A stretch of DNA of 64,000 nucleotides, from NCBI GenBank assembly GCA_034112225.1, contig JAWUVT010000077.1, forward strand, positions 7,616 to 71,615. Direction: 5' to 3'. The notes below the pieces were generated by a model, which saw only the letters and a list, made by a program, of their open reading frames with translations, was not told the DNA's origin and did no database searches. The DNA comes from Flavobacteriales bacterium. GTDB taxonomy: Bacteria > Bacteroidota > Bacteroidia > Flavobacteriales_E > Vicingaceae. This document shows, in pieces, positions 28,365 through 37,737 of this stretch (position 1 is the first letter of the stretch; each line of letters starts with the position of its first letter). Made by a program: the position numbers and the translations under genes.

Positions 28365-29001
28365 ACGTCTATTTATACTTTTGGTATTCATGCCCTTACT
28401 TTGTCAATCACAATTGGCGAGTGATGCCAAATTATGGTCAGGAATAAGTGTGTCTAAAAAAGTAAATGATTTTAAATTTTCTATTGCTAAAGAAGTTAGA
28501 TTTGACGAGAACATGAGTCATCTTGATAAATCATTTGGGGAAATAGGCAGCCAATATAAAATTAATAAAACGCTTTATGTTGAACTCAACTACAGATTTA
28601 ATCGAGATAACGACTATTCTACAGAAAGTTATCAGCTAATCCATAGAGTTGATTTTGGTCTTTCCTATAAAAGGAAGGTCGATAAATTTCGTTTGAAATG
28701 GAGGAGTAAAATTCAATTAAAAAGTGCTTCAACCGACGAAAATAATCCATTGGTTATTCGTAACAAAATGTCAATAAAATATAAAATCAACAAAAAAATA
28801 GCCCCTTATATCGCTTATGAGTTTTATTATCAACTCAATACTGAAAATTGCATAAACAGAAACCGAATCTCTTTAGGGAGCTCTTTTAAAGTAACAGATC
28901 AAACCGATCTAAAAATGTTTTATCTGTTTGAAAATAAATTTAACGTAAAAAACATACAACATAATCATGTTTATGGCATTAGCTATAGTATAGATTTATA
29001 A
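28357..29001 (+). CDS. Secreted small beta-barrel-like protein (DUF2490-like), putative outer-membrane component
   Basis: Signal peptide (LLVFMPLLCQSQ). Alternating hydrophobic/polar beta-strand pattern throughout (LYVELNYRF, HRVDFGLSYKRK, FRLKWRSKIQLK, KMFYLFENKF, VYGISYSIDL). 8-nt overlap with the DUF4956 gene. Family assignment is tentative. Confidence 0.5.
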   Translation: MSKRLFILLVFMPLLCQSQLASDAKLWSGISVSKKVNDFKFSIAKEVRFDENMSHLDKSFGEIGSQYKINKTLYVELNYRFNRDNDYSTESYQLIHRVDFGLSYKRKVDKFRLKWRSKIQLKSASTDENNPLVIRNKMSIKYKINKKIAPYIAYEFYYQLNTENCINRNRISLGSSFKVTDQTDLKMFYLFENKFNVKNIQHNHVYGISYSIDL

Positions 29002-29010
29002 ATCTCTTCC

Positions 29011-29018
29011 TATATTTG
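29011..29018 (+). promoter_or_regulatory. Candidate -7 promoter box (TATATTTG)
   Basis: Exact TAnnTTTG match 20 nt upstream of the 29038 ATG, in the 36-nt gap after the VTC operon. Confidence 0.3.
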
Positions 29019-29037
29019 TTGCTTATTAATATTCTGC

Positions 29038-29865
29038 ATGTTTAAATTTTTATTCAGTAAAACCTTTGTCATCAATCTATCCATATCTCTTGTTATTGCA
29101 GGGTGTATAATTGGGGGTATTTTTAAATTTATTGAGGACTATACTTTACATAATCAAATGATTAGCGTACCTACTTTAGAGGGGTTAACCTTGGAAGAAA
29201 CAAGCTCTTTATTAAATGAGAGAAAGCTACGCTTTACTATTCTAGATTCTATATACGTTACTGACGCTGCTAAAGGTGTTGTCTTAGAACAAAATCCTGC
29301 GGCAGCTGATTTAGTTAAAGAAAACCGAACGATTTACATTACTATTTCTAAAGTGGTTCCTCCAAACATTTCGATGCCAGATGTTGTTGACATGTCTTTG
29401 AGATTGGCTATCGCTAAATTAGAGAGTTATGGTTTAAAAGTGAAAACACAATTCATTCCCTCAGAGTGTATCAATTGTGTTTTAATTCAAGAGATTGATG
29501 GAAAAGAAGTTTTTCTTAATGATAAAATCAAAACAGGGTCTACAGTTCTTTTAACTATTGGTAAAGGTACAAGTGATGAGAAAGTATTGGTTCCATTTTT
29601 AAAAGGATTAACGAAAAATGAAGCGGAGAAAAAACTAACCGGAACTTCTTTAAACATTGGTTTTAGTGATTATGAAAATTGCCAATGCAAAACAAAAGAA
29701 GACTCCCTAAATGCGAAAGTTTATCGGCATAACCCTATACGAGATCAAAAAGTTGTAATTAATATGGGGAGTTCCGTAGACTTGTATTTTACTTGTGATA
29801 CTTCAATGCTTATTTTGATGCCTTCAGATACTAATTTATCAGCTAATACGTTCATCCAAGAATGA
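29038..29865 (+). CDS. Membrane-anchored stand-alone PASTA-domain protein (three PASTA-like units)
   Basis: N-terminal TM anchor (INLSISLVIAGCIIGGIF), then three roughly 65-aa units starting VPTLEGLTLEE..., MPDVVDMSLRLA..., VPFLKGLTKNEA.... No kinase or transpeptidase domain. Confidence 0.75.
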   Translation: MFKFLFSKTFVINLSISLVIAGCIIGGIFKFIEDYTLHNQMISVPTLEGLTLEETSSLLNERKLRFTILDSIYVTDAAKGVVLEQNPAAADLVKENRTIYITISKVVPPNISMPDVVDMSLRLAIAKLESYGLKVKTQFIPSECINCVLIQEIDGKEVFLNDKIKTGSTVLLTIGKGTSDEKVLVPFLKGLTKNEAEKKLTGTSLNIGFSDYENCQCKTKEDSLNAKVYRHNPIRDQKVVINMGSSVDLYFTCDTSMLILMPSDTNLSANTFIQE

Positions 29866-31751
29866 GAAAACACCTTTACATATTATTAATTGGAATATTA
29901 TTGACGATTACGTTGCTAGGACAAAAAGATACTATTTATGATTTAGGAGGAAACAATGTCATTAGTTCTTTTTACAACACGAACAAAGATCATCCCAATT
30001 CGATTTATAAGCGGCTCAAAATTCAAAATAAAAAAGCGGCATTAAGCCTTCCCTTTTTAGATGATTTTTCTCAAGCCAATATCTATCCTAATCTAAATTT
30101 ATGGGAAGATATAAACGTTTATGTAAATTCTAATTTCCCTGACAATCCAATTAGTTATGGTGTTGCTACTTTTGATGGATTAGACTCTACGGGTACACCT
30201 TACAACTTTGCAGTACCAACATCTTATGGTCCTGCTGACACTTTAACCTCTAAACAAATAGATTTAACAACCATCAATGATAGTGTATTTTTAAGCTTCT
30301 ACTACCAACCACAAGGAAATGGAAATAAACCCGAAGCTAGAGACAGTTTAAGATTAGAGTTCTTTAGACAATCTGATAGTACATGGGTTAGAATGTGGGG
30401 AATGGAAGGCTTGCCAAATCAAGTTTTTAAACAAGTAATGCTTCCAGTTGATACTTCTTATCATACGAATGAATTTCAATTTCGATTTATGAATTGGGCT
30501 ACATTATCGGGCAATGTAGATCATTGGCATCTGGATTATGTTTACCTTAATGACAACAGGACACATGCTGATACGGCATTAAATGATGTATCGTTTATTA
30601 CAAATCATCATAATATGTTGAATGAGTTGACCAGTCTTCCTTGGAGTCATTACTTAACCGATACCATTGGTTTAATGAAAACGGATATGGATGTGACTTA
30701 TCGAAACAACCATAACAGTACTTACGCAGTTTTTTATAACTACGAAGTAATTGAAGATAATGGCAGTGGGTCATCCATTGAAACTTACCCCACAACAACC
30801 TCTTCAAAAAATGTGACTGCCCATTCTAACTTTACCGAACCTCAAGCTGTGTACAATACTCCAAATAATGATTTTTTCTTTCCATCAAACAGTGCTATTT
30901 CTAATGTTTTTCAAATAAAAAACTATTTTAATGTTTCTCCATCTGATTTTAACACCAAAAACGACACGGTATGCTCTTATCAAGTTTTCAGTGATTATTA
31001 TGCTTATGATGATGGAAGTGCAGAATTAGGGTATGGAGTTCAAGGAGTTAATTCAAAACTAGCTCAAGAGTTTGACATAAAGAAAGCAGATACGTTAACT
31101 GCAATACAAATTTATTTTAATCCAATAATGAATGATTTGAGTGCACAAACATTCCGATTAAAAGTATGGAGTAGCTTAAGTCCTGAAGTTGTAATCTACA
31201 CCCAACCAGCTACACAATATACTAGTCCCGTTTATTCTAATACTAACGAATATATAAATTACACCTTAGAAACACCTCTTTATTTAACTGCAGGAACTTA
31301 TTATTTTGGTTGGGAAAAAATAACTGCAGCATTTTTAAATGTTGGTTGGGATGTTAACACCAACAATCGAAATAAAGTTCATTTCAATTCTGTTGGAACT
31401 TGGGAAGCTCCAACCTCTAGTATTCCTGATGGATCTTTAATGTTAAGACCTGTTTTTGGGCATCTTGCTCCAGTAATTGTAAGCACTCCCGAAATGGAAA
31501 GAAATCTAGCAGATTTTAAAGTTTATCCAAATCCAACTCAGGAGTTTATTTATTTTAAGGTTAGTGATGAGAATCAAAACTCCTATCGTATTGAATTACT
31601 TGATATTTATGGTAAACTGATCTTACAAACGGAATCTAACCTGAGTAACCGATTAAATGTTAAAGCTATTTCTAATGGCTTATACATCGTTCGTTTTACG
31701 AACAACGACAATGAAAAATCTATTCTGAAAAAAATTATTATTTCTAAATAA
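29862..31751 (+). CDS. Secreted protein of unknown function with type-A T9SS C-terminal sorting domain
   Basis: Signal peptide. The C-terminus FKVYPNPTQEFIYFKV...GLYIVRFTN...KKIIISK fits the T9SS CTD pattern. ATGA overlap with the PASTA gene. Confidence 0.75.
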   Translation: MRKHLYILLIGILLTITLLGQKDTIYDLGGNNVISSFYNTNKDHPNSIYKRLKIQNKKAALSLPFLDDFSQANIYPNLNLWEDINVYVNSNFPDNPISYGVATFDGLDSTGTPYNFAVPTSYGPADTLTSKQIDLTTINDSVFLSFYYQPQGNGNKPEARDSLRLEFFRQSDSTWVRMWGMEGLPNQVFKQVMLPVDTSYHTNEFQFRFMNWATLSGNVDHWHLDYVYLNDNRTHADTALNDVSFITNHHNMLNELTSLPWSHYLTDTIGLMKTDMDVTYRNNHNSTYAVFYNYEVIEDNGSGSSIETYPTTTSSKNVTAHSNFTEPQAVYNTPNNDFFFPSNSAISNVFQIKNYFNVSPSDFNTKNDTVCSYQVFSDYYAYDDGSAELGYGVQGVNSKLAQEFDIKKADTLTAIQIYFNPIMNDLSAQTFRLKVWSSLSPEVVIYTQPATQYTSPVYSNTNEYINYTLETPLYLTAGTYYFGWEKITAAFLNVGWDVNTNNRNKVHFNSVGTWEAPTSSIPDGSLMLRPVFGHLAPVIVSTPEMERNLADFKVYPNPTQEFIYFKVSDENQNSYRIELLDIYGKLILQTESNLSNRLNVKAISNGLYIVRFTNNDNEKSILKKIIISK

Positions 31752-31752
31752 A

Positions 31753-32790
31753 GTGGAGCAAGAAACGGAAGAATTGGCAAACAATGATGGTCTATATGAA
31801 CATTATAGTTTTGTCGCAGATAAAGGGCAAGAATTATTAAGAATTGATAAATTTTTAATGGATCGGATACCCAATGCAACAAGAACTAAACTACAAAGTG
31901 CAGCTATTGATGGTCACATCTTTGTTAATAAAAAAACAGTAAAACCGAATTATAGGGTAAAACCGTTAGACAATATAACTGTAGAATTGGCCTACCCTCC
32001 TCAAGAAATTGAATTGATACCTGAAGATATTCCTTTGAATATTGTGTATGAGGATGATACTGTTATTGTGATCAATAAGCAATCCGAAATGGTGGTTCAT
32101 CCTGGTTATGGAAATTATACCGGAACTCTTGTTAATGGTTTGATTTTCCATTTTGAAAATTTACCTCAAACTGATGTGGCAAATAGACCTGGCTTAGTGC
32201 ATCGATTAGATAAAAACACTACCGGAATTATGGTAATCGCTAAAAATGACCATGCGTTAACACATCTAGGAAAACAATTTCATGACAGAACTACAGAAAG
32301 AAGGTATCAGGCTTTAGTTTGGGGAGATTTAAAAGAAGATGAAGGCACTGTAACAGGTAATGTTGGAAGAGCATTAAAGAATAGGAAAGTAATGGAAGTT
32401 TTTCCGGAAGAAGATTACGGAAAACATGCGGTAACTCATTATAAGGTATTGAAACGTTATGGCTATGTTACGTTGATTGAATGTAAGTTAGAGACAGGTA
32501 GAACTCACCAAATACGTGTTCACATGAAGCACATCGGGCATACCTTGTTCAATGACTTAGAATATGGTGGAGATAGAATTCTTAAAGGAACTTCTTTTAG
32601 TAAATATAAGCAGTTTGTAAACAACTGTTTTAAAATTTTACCGAGGCAAGCTCTACATGCTAAATCTTTAGGTTTTGAACATCCTAAGACCGGTAAATGG
32701 ATGCAGTTTGAATCTGATTTACCAACAGACATGATAGATACTCTTGCCAAATGGGATGTCTATGTTGCCAATAGAGGTGATGTAAAATAG
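31753..32790 (+). CDS. rluD: RluA-family 23S rRNA pseudouridine synthase (RluD-like)
   Basis: N-terminal S4-like RNA-binding region (RIDKFLMDRIPNATRTKLQ). Catalytic motif HRLDKNTTGIMVIAK, and later GRTHQIRVH. GTG start 1 nt after the upstream stop. Confidence 0.9.
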   Translation: MEQETEELANNDGLYEHYSFVADKGQELLRIDKFLMDRIPNATRTKLQSAAIDGHIFVNKKTVKPNYRVKPLDNITVELAYPPQEIELIPEDIPLNIVYEDDTVIVINKQSEMVVHPGYGNYTGTLVNGLIFHFENLPQTDVANRPGLVHRLDKNTTGIMVIAKNDHALTHLGKQFHDRTTERRYQALVWGDLKEDEGTVTGNVGRALKNRKVMEVFPEEDYGKHAVTHYKVLKRYGYVTLIECKLETGRTHQIRVHMKHIGHTLFNDLEYGGDRILKGTSFSKYKQFVNNCFKILPRQALHAKSLGFEHPKTGKWMQFESDLPTDMIDTLAKWDVYVANRGDVK

Positions 32791-32803
32791 ATTTTAAATG
32801 TGA

Positions 32804-32840
32804 TAAAAAAAGGGTCTTATTCAAATAAGATCCTTTTTTT
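32804..32840. terminator. Bidirectional rho-independent terminator between convergent rluD and the 32858..34927 gene
   Basis: 9-bp stem GGGTCTTAT / ATAAGATCC (one G-T wobble) at 32812-32833 with loop TCAA. It is flanked by A7 upstream and T7 downstream, so either strand reads a hairpin followed by a U-tract. Confidence 0.75.
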
Positions 32841-32857
32841 ATATTCATTTTTTAGGG

Positions 32858-34927
32858 TTATTCTGCTATAATTTCTTTTGCTTTTGAGATTGGTATTAAT
32901 TCATCATTATGTAATCCAATGACAAATGCTCCACCTAGTCCTTTTTCTATAAGGATTAATTTAAAAGCATCAGCTTCATCAAAAGAGGTAAACTCACCAC
33001 CTGCAGTATAACGAATTAAACCTCCTGGCAACTCAACTTGTTCTATTTCGTCCATTTTCATAAACATACTTAATACTTCTGTAGGTAATTCATTTTTATA
33101 ACTTCCTATTTGCACTTTAAACTTAACAGCTGCTTTATCAAATTCATTGGGTTGAGTTGGTTTAATATTCTCAACAGTAGAAGACTCTACTCCAGCCTGG
33201 AGTAAAGAAATTCGTTTGCCATCTTTATAGGCAACAATAAAAGCATCTTTAACCCCATAATCTATTGCCAAGCTAATTGTTAATTCAGCAGCTTCTCTCG
33301 CAGATTTATAAGAATTTTTATGTAGATATTTCCATAATCCGTCATTTGCTTTAATTTCCATAATCCCTCCTACATTATTTAAAAAAGTACTTGGTAATCG
33401 TTTAGAGAAAGCACCTAATTGAACTCTAAATAATAAACCTTGAGAGTTTACACTTACACTTGGATAATAATCTACTGACATGTTATTTGCTTTATCGCCA
33501 ACTGAAGTGAAAGTTCCATTTTTCTCTTCTTCAACAACAATTGCTGCATTAAATCCTTCTGAAGTAAGCTGCATTTTTCTCTTGATCGCTTCTGGCAAAC
33601 TATTATAATCTCCAACACCTATAATTGTTAAACTGTCTCCAAAATTCATAATTTCTACATCTGGAACACTTAAGAATTTATCCACCAAATTGGCATCTAT
33701 TGCTCCAATAAACTCGCCGATTTGAACTTTATATTTTTTCTTTATAATTTTCTTTGCTTCAATTATTCTAATTTCAGTTTCGGCAAACATCCCTGTAGAA
33801 TCAGTATATCTTTGATAAGCTTCAAGAATCATATCATCACTCATTTCTATACCAGCAGGAGTTACTGGAGCTCCTTCGCGAGTTTCTAACTCATCATCCT
33901 TATAGTTAGGCACAAGATCTAAATCAAAATCTAAAGGACAGCCACTAGAATCAACTTCAACACCTTCTGGAGTCCAAGGACAATTATCCTTAAAGTCTAC
34001 TACTCCATCACCATCTTCATCAGCATTATCCAACCCTATATCATCAGACCCTTCGTCAAAATCATTTATTTCAGTTGTCGCATTATGTTTTAAAAAATTA
34101 TAACTGAGATTAAATGAAGTTAACAAGAAATTGTCATTGCCTCCATTTTCGGTTTGGGTTCCTAATCGATCTCCTGAGCTCTTATTATCTACATTATCGA
34201 TAAGATCAGAGGCGGTAAAATGGAAAGTAGAACCAATGGTAAAATCAATGTTTTCTGTCAGATGCATTTTCACACCTATTCCTAATGGAACTGCAAATGT
34301 ACGTTCAGCATATTTACCGTAACCATCGTAATCTTGTTCTCTTAAATCAGTTTCATAAATATAATCTCTTTGAATTACTACCGCATTTGATGCGTTAGGA
34401 GATGACTCTTCGAGATCTCTGATAGATCCATCTGACCAATAATTATATTCATTACCTAATCGGTCATATAAATCTGTTTTAGAATGAAATTCTATCGATT
34501 CAATTCCTAATGATATAAAAGGATTTATTACTCGATTGCTTGGTAAAAAATGATCAAAGTTATACATCATCTCAAAGCCTCCTACCGTTATTTTAGATTT
34601 GAAATTCAGATTGCGATCAACAGACCTTTCATTAGCCGTAAGGCTCCCAAATAAAACATAAAACTTAGCCATGAAATAACTATTTAATTGTTGTTTCACA
34701 TGTAAATCATACCCAATATTACTAATTAATGGATTTCCATTCTTAGCATTCATTATATCTCCATAGAATTTAAACATTCCTATTCCTAGGCCTACTGTTG
34801 GTGCATAGAAAATTTCGCGAACAGTTTCTTCTTTAACAGGCACTTGTATGGAGTCATTTTCCTCAATAGCGAATACTGAAGTATAAAAAGAAACTGTGAT
34901 GATTAAAAATAATATGTGTTTGAGCAT
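32858..34927 (-). CDS. Outer-membrane beta-barrel protein with thrombospondin type-3 (TSP3) Ca-binding repeats and several C-terminal SPOR-like repeats
   Basis: Signal peptide. N-terminal barrel region paralogous to the 36427 gene. TSP3 repeats: DNADEDGDGVVDFKDNCPWTPEGVEVDSSGCPLDFDLDLVPNYKD. At least three repeats begin YKVQIGEF, FRVQLGAFSK and FKVQIGSYK and end like DAFIVAYKDGKRIS (SPOR-like pattern). No OmpA_C motif seen. Confidence 0.75.
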   Translation of the reverse strand: MLKHILFLIITVSFYTSVFAIEENDSIQVPVKEETVREIFYAPTVGLGIGMFKFYGDIMNAKNGNPLISNIGYDLHVKQQLNSYFMAKFYVLFGSLTANERSVDRNLNFKSKITVGGFEMMYNFDHFLPSNRVINPFISLGIESIEFHSKTDLYDRLGNEYNYWSDGSIRDLEESSPNASNAVVIQRDYIYETDLREQDYDGYGKYAERTFAVPLGIGVKMHLTENIDFTIGSTFHFTASDLIDNVDNKSSGDRLGTQTENGGNDNFLLTSFNLSYNFLKHNATTEINDFDEGSDDIGLDNADEDGDGVVDFKDNCPWTPEGVEVDSSGCPLDFDLDLVPNYKDDELETREGAPVTPAGIEMSDDMILEAYQRYTDSTGMFAETEIRIIEAKKIIKKKYKVQIGEFIGAIDANLVDKFLSVPDVEIMNFGDSLTIIGVGDYNSLPEAIKRKMQLTSEGFNAAIVVEEEKNGTFTSVGDKANNMSVDYYPSVSVNSQGLLFRVQLGAFSKRLPSTFLNNVGGIMEIKANDGLWKYLHKNSYKSAREAAELTISLAIDYGVKDAFIVAYKDGKRISLLQAGVESSTVENIKPTQPNEFDKAAVKFKVQIGSYKNELPTEVLSMFMKMDEIEQVELPGGLIRYTAGGEFTSFDEADAFKLILIEKGLGGAFVIGLHNDELIPISKAKEIIAE

Positions 34928-34977
34928 AAATATATAGTGTACAGCTGATACGAAGATAATAAATTAAAGATACAATC

Positions 34978-36405
34978 CTATTTATACCATTTTTGTCGAG
35001 AAATCATTAAGGCCTCTTGCACTGTAATTCTAGTTCCAGAATTGTAGGCAGTTACAAATGCAGTCTTCACATTTTTCCTTACTAAATCCCGCTTATCTTT
35101 AGCTAATTTATAGACATCAAAAGACCCAACTAAATACTTGATCCAACCTTCATGATTTAGAGTACTGACCTTGTCTTTCAATTTAAACTTGGTTTTAAAA
35201 TAAGTGGAAGGTATCGTTTTGTGTCCAGCGCCAACTTGTACTTTATAAGTTACACCGTGTTCTGGATTTGGTGTCGTAGTTACTTTTTCTATTGGTGAAC
35301 TTTCAGCTTCTGCCTCTTCATTAGTCTTTAGCACCTGTTCTGCTACAATCGTTTCTGGTTCGTCTTCAGCCGTTTCTGAATCTTCTTCAGCAGTTTCTAA
35401 ATTTTCTTCAATAGGAGTAGATTCCGTATTTACTGTTGGAATTTCAATTGATGCTTCAGCTGCAACAAGTTCTTCAGCAGTATAATTAAAATTCATTTTA
35501 TCAATATCAGATGAACTTGAAATATCATTATCTAAATAAAAATATTCTCCAATAACTTCATAGTCCCCATTGGTTAAAGATTCCGTTGCCTCTATAAAAT
35601 AGCTAACCAGATAACGCTCTTCGGAAGGAACTTCCATCCATAATATTTTAACTTCATTTCTTTTAAATGAAAAAACGCCTCCTTTGGAGTCCATCTCAGA
35701 AGCGATAAATCCTTGAGGCAAAGTTTCTGAAATTTTAGCAAATCCTTCCACTCCTATTTTATCAACTTCAATCGAAACTTTAAATTTCCCATTACTAACC
35801 TTCTCTATTGTTCTCTTACAATTTACTGTTTTCTTCATGTTTTCTTCAGGTAAATCCGTTAAAACTTCATCACCAAGAGCTTCGTCCGAAGGCATTACCG
35901 CTGCATTGGCATCAACAATCGCTAAAGATTCTTCATCCTCATTGGTTTCCGCTTCACCTTCTTCAACGCTTGGGTCTTGAGCAATCACCGTAAAACTTGC
36001 TACAGGAATTTCAACATTTTTGCGTTCACTTTCTGAAATAAAGGAAAATTTACCACCAATAGTAAAATCTCCAACGGTAGTTGCATTTGGTGTTAATTGA
36101 TAGGATATGGTAAATTCATTTTGAAGAGGAAGTGACATCCAAATAAATTTCACTTTATTATCTTTAAATGAGAATGTAGCTCCTTTAGTCTCTAGAGGTT
36201 CAACAGTAAATCCCTCAGGAATTATTTGTTGCACTTTAGCAAAACCATTCACATCAGATTTATTAATAAATATCTCAACAGTAGCTGGGCTATCGGGGAG
36301 AATAGTAGTTGGAACTTTTTGAGTTACAGTAATATCTCCTGCGAATATTAATTGATAGAAAAACAATCCGAGTACTTGGATCAAAAGAAATAACTGTTTT
36401 ATCAT
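34978..36405 (-). CDS. Secreted protein with two internal ~110-aa repeats, acidic linkers and one C-terminal SPOR-like domain
   Basis: Signal peptide. Internal duplication: FAKVQQIIPEGFTVEPLETKGATFSFKDNKVKFIWMSLP versus FAKISETLPQGFIASEMDSKGGVFSFKRNEVKILWMEVP. Glu/Asp-rich linkers. The C-terminus YKVQVGAGHK...AFVTAYNSGTRITV resembles the repeats of the downstream gene. Confidence 0.7.
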   Translation of the reverse strand: MIKQLFLLIQVLGLFFYQLIFAGDITVTQKVPTTILPDSPATVEIFINKSDVNGFAKVQQIIPEGFTVEPLETKGATFSFKDNKVKFIWMSLPLQNEFTISYQLTPNATTVGDFTIGGKFSFISESERKNVEIPVASFTVIAQDPSVEEGEAETNEDEESLAIVDANAAVMPSDEALGDEVLTDLPEENMKKTVNCKRTIEKVSNGKFKVSIEVDKIGVEGFAKISETLPQGFIASEMDSKGGVFSFKRNEVKILWMEVPSEERYLVSYFIEATESLTNGDYEVIGEYFYLDNDISSSSDIDKMNFNYTAEELVAAEASIEIPTVNTESTPIEENLETAEEDSETAEDEPETIVAEQVLKTNEEAEAESSPIEKVTTTPNPEHGVTYKVQVGAGHKTIPSTYFKTKFKLKDKVSTLNHEGWIKYLVGSFDVYKLAKDKRDLVRKNVKTAFVTAYNSGTRITVQEALMISRQKWYK

Positions 36406-36426
36406 TTTAAATTATTATTAATTATG

Positions 36427-37737
36427 CTATTGATCAAAATAGAAATCGATTAAACTGTTAAGATCCTTGGCAGATAACTCATTTTCACCTTCAAAAAATC
36501 CATCTATAGCATTGGTGACTTCTTTGGCTGATATAAATTCGTCATTATCCGTATCTAATTCTTTAAATATTTCAGGAATAGTAATGCTTGAAATAGATGC
36601 TTCGGTATTTGCAAGTTCATATTCTGCTTGAATAGCTTCTAAATCTTGCTTTGATAAATCCTCTGCTTTAAATACTCTATATTCAATTTGTACAGAATCT
36701 TTAATTCGATTTCGATTGGCAATCATTTCATCCGTTAAAGTCATTCCATCCTTAGTAACTATTGACCCAGGTAAAGTTTCTAATTCTTTATCTTTATAAT
36801 CAGGAACGCCATCTTCATCGCCATCCAAAGCACAGCCATTATTATCAACTTCAACACCTTTAGGTGTACCTTGACATAAATCTTTATGATCGACAACACC
36901 ATCTTCATCGGCATCCTCTTTTTCTATCTCAGAAAAATTAAAGTCTTTAAACCGATCGTCTTTTTGTTCTGGACTAGTAAAATTATATTGTAAACCCATG
37001 GATAATGAAAACATATTATCATTCCCTCCACTCGCTATGTTGTCTAAATAATCAGTCATTGTTAAAATATAAGCTGCAGAAATTCTTGTCACTACTTTTT
37101 CAGACAACTTAAATTTAATTCCTAATCTAATTGGGATTGTTATTGCCGATTTTGAATAATTAGAATTTGTGTCAACCAGAGTTGATTCGTAATCATAATC
37201 TCTTTTTATAATCGTAGAGGCAGTATCTGAACCAGGGGTAGATTGAGAGATGTCTCTTAAGGTACCATCATCCCAATGCTGATATGTTACGCCATTTGAA
37301 GATAAGTCTCCTTTTGGATCAAATAATAAATATCCAACCCCAACAGCTAAAAATGGGGAGAATAAGGACGATTCATTAATTAATTTTCCGTTATCAAAAT
37401 CTAATAATAAATTAACATCAAAATTAATAATGTTAGTTTCAAAATTTAAAAAAATCTTGTCATCTAATTGACTTTTAGCTAATTTCCCGAAATTTATGTT
37501 TGAAGAGACACCAAAAATATTTCCCCATTTTTTTTCAAGATACAATCCATAAATAGGTTTTGAGTAGGTAAGAATCGTTGTTCCTGCTCCCCCAGAAACA
37601 TCTCCAAGATATGAGACAATCCCAGCCTGTAAGCCGATAGAAGGTGTGAATTCCTTCCAATTAGATTTCTTCTCTTGAGAAAAACCCTTGCCTACTAGTA
37701 GGCAAGTAATCGCTAAAAATATAGTGAATTTTTTCAT
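36427..37737 (-). CDS. Outer-membrane beta-barrel protein with TSP3 repeats and a C-terminal EF-hand
   Basis: The likely start is MKKFTIFLAI at 37737 (the ORF track extends to 37779). Barrel region paralogous to the 32858 gene (YQHWDDGTLRDIS...RDYDYES...NMFSLSMGLQYNF). TSP3 repeats: DADEDGVVDHKDLCQGTPKGVEVDNNGCALDGDEDGVPDYKD. The canonical 12-residue EF-hand loop is DTDNDEFISAKE. Confidence 0.75.
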   Translation of the reverse strand: MKKFTIFLAITCLLVGKGFSQEKKSNWKEFTPSIGLQAGIVSYLGDVSGGAGTTILTYSKPIYGLYLEKKWGNIFGVSSNINFGKLAKSQLDDKIFLNFETNIINFDVNLLLDFDNGKLINESSLFSPFLAVGVGYLLFDPKGDLSSNGVTYQHWDDGTLRDISQSTPGSDTASTIIKRDYDYESTLVDTNSNYSKSAITIPIRLGIKFKLSEKVVTRISAAYILTMTDYLDNIASGGNDNMFSLSMGLQYNFTSPEQKDDRFKDFNFSEIEKEDADEDGVVDHKDLCQGTPKGVEVDNNGCALDGDEDGVPDYKDKELETLPGSIVTKDGMTLTDEMIANRNRIKDSVQIEYRVFKAEDLSKQDLEAIQAEYELANTEASISSITIPEIFKELDTDNDEFISAKEVTNAIDGFFEGENELSAKDLNSLIDFYFDQ

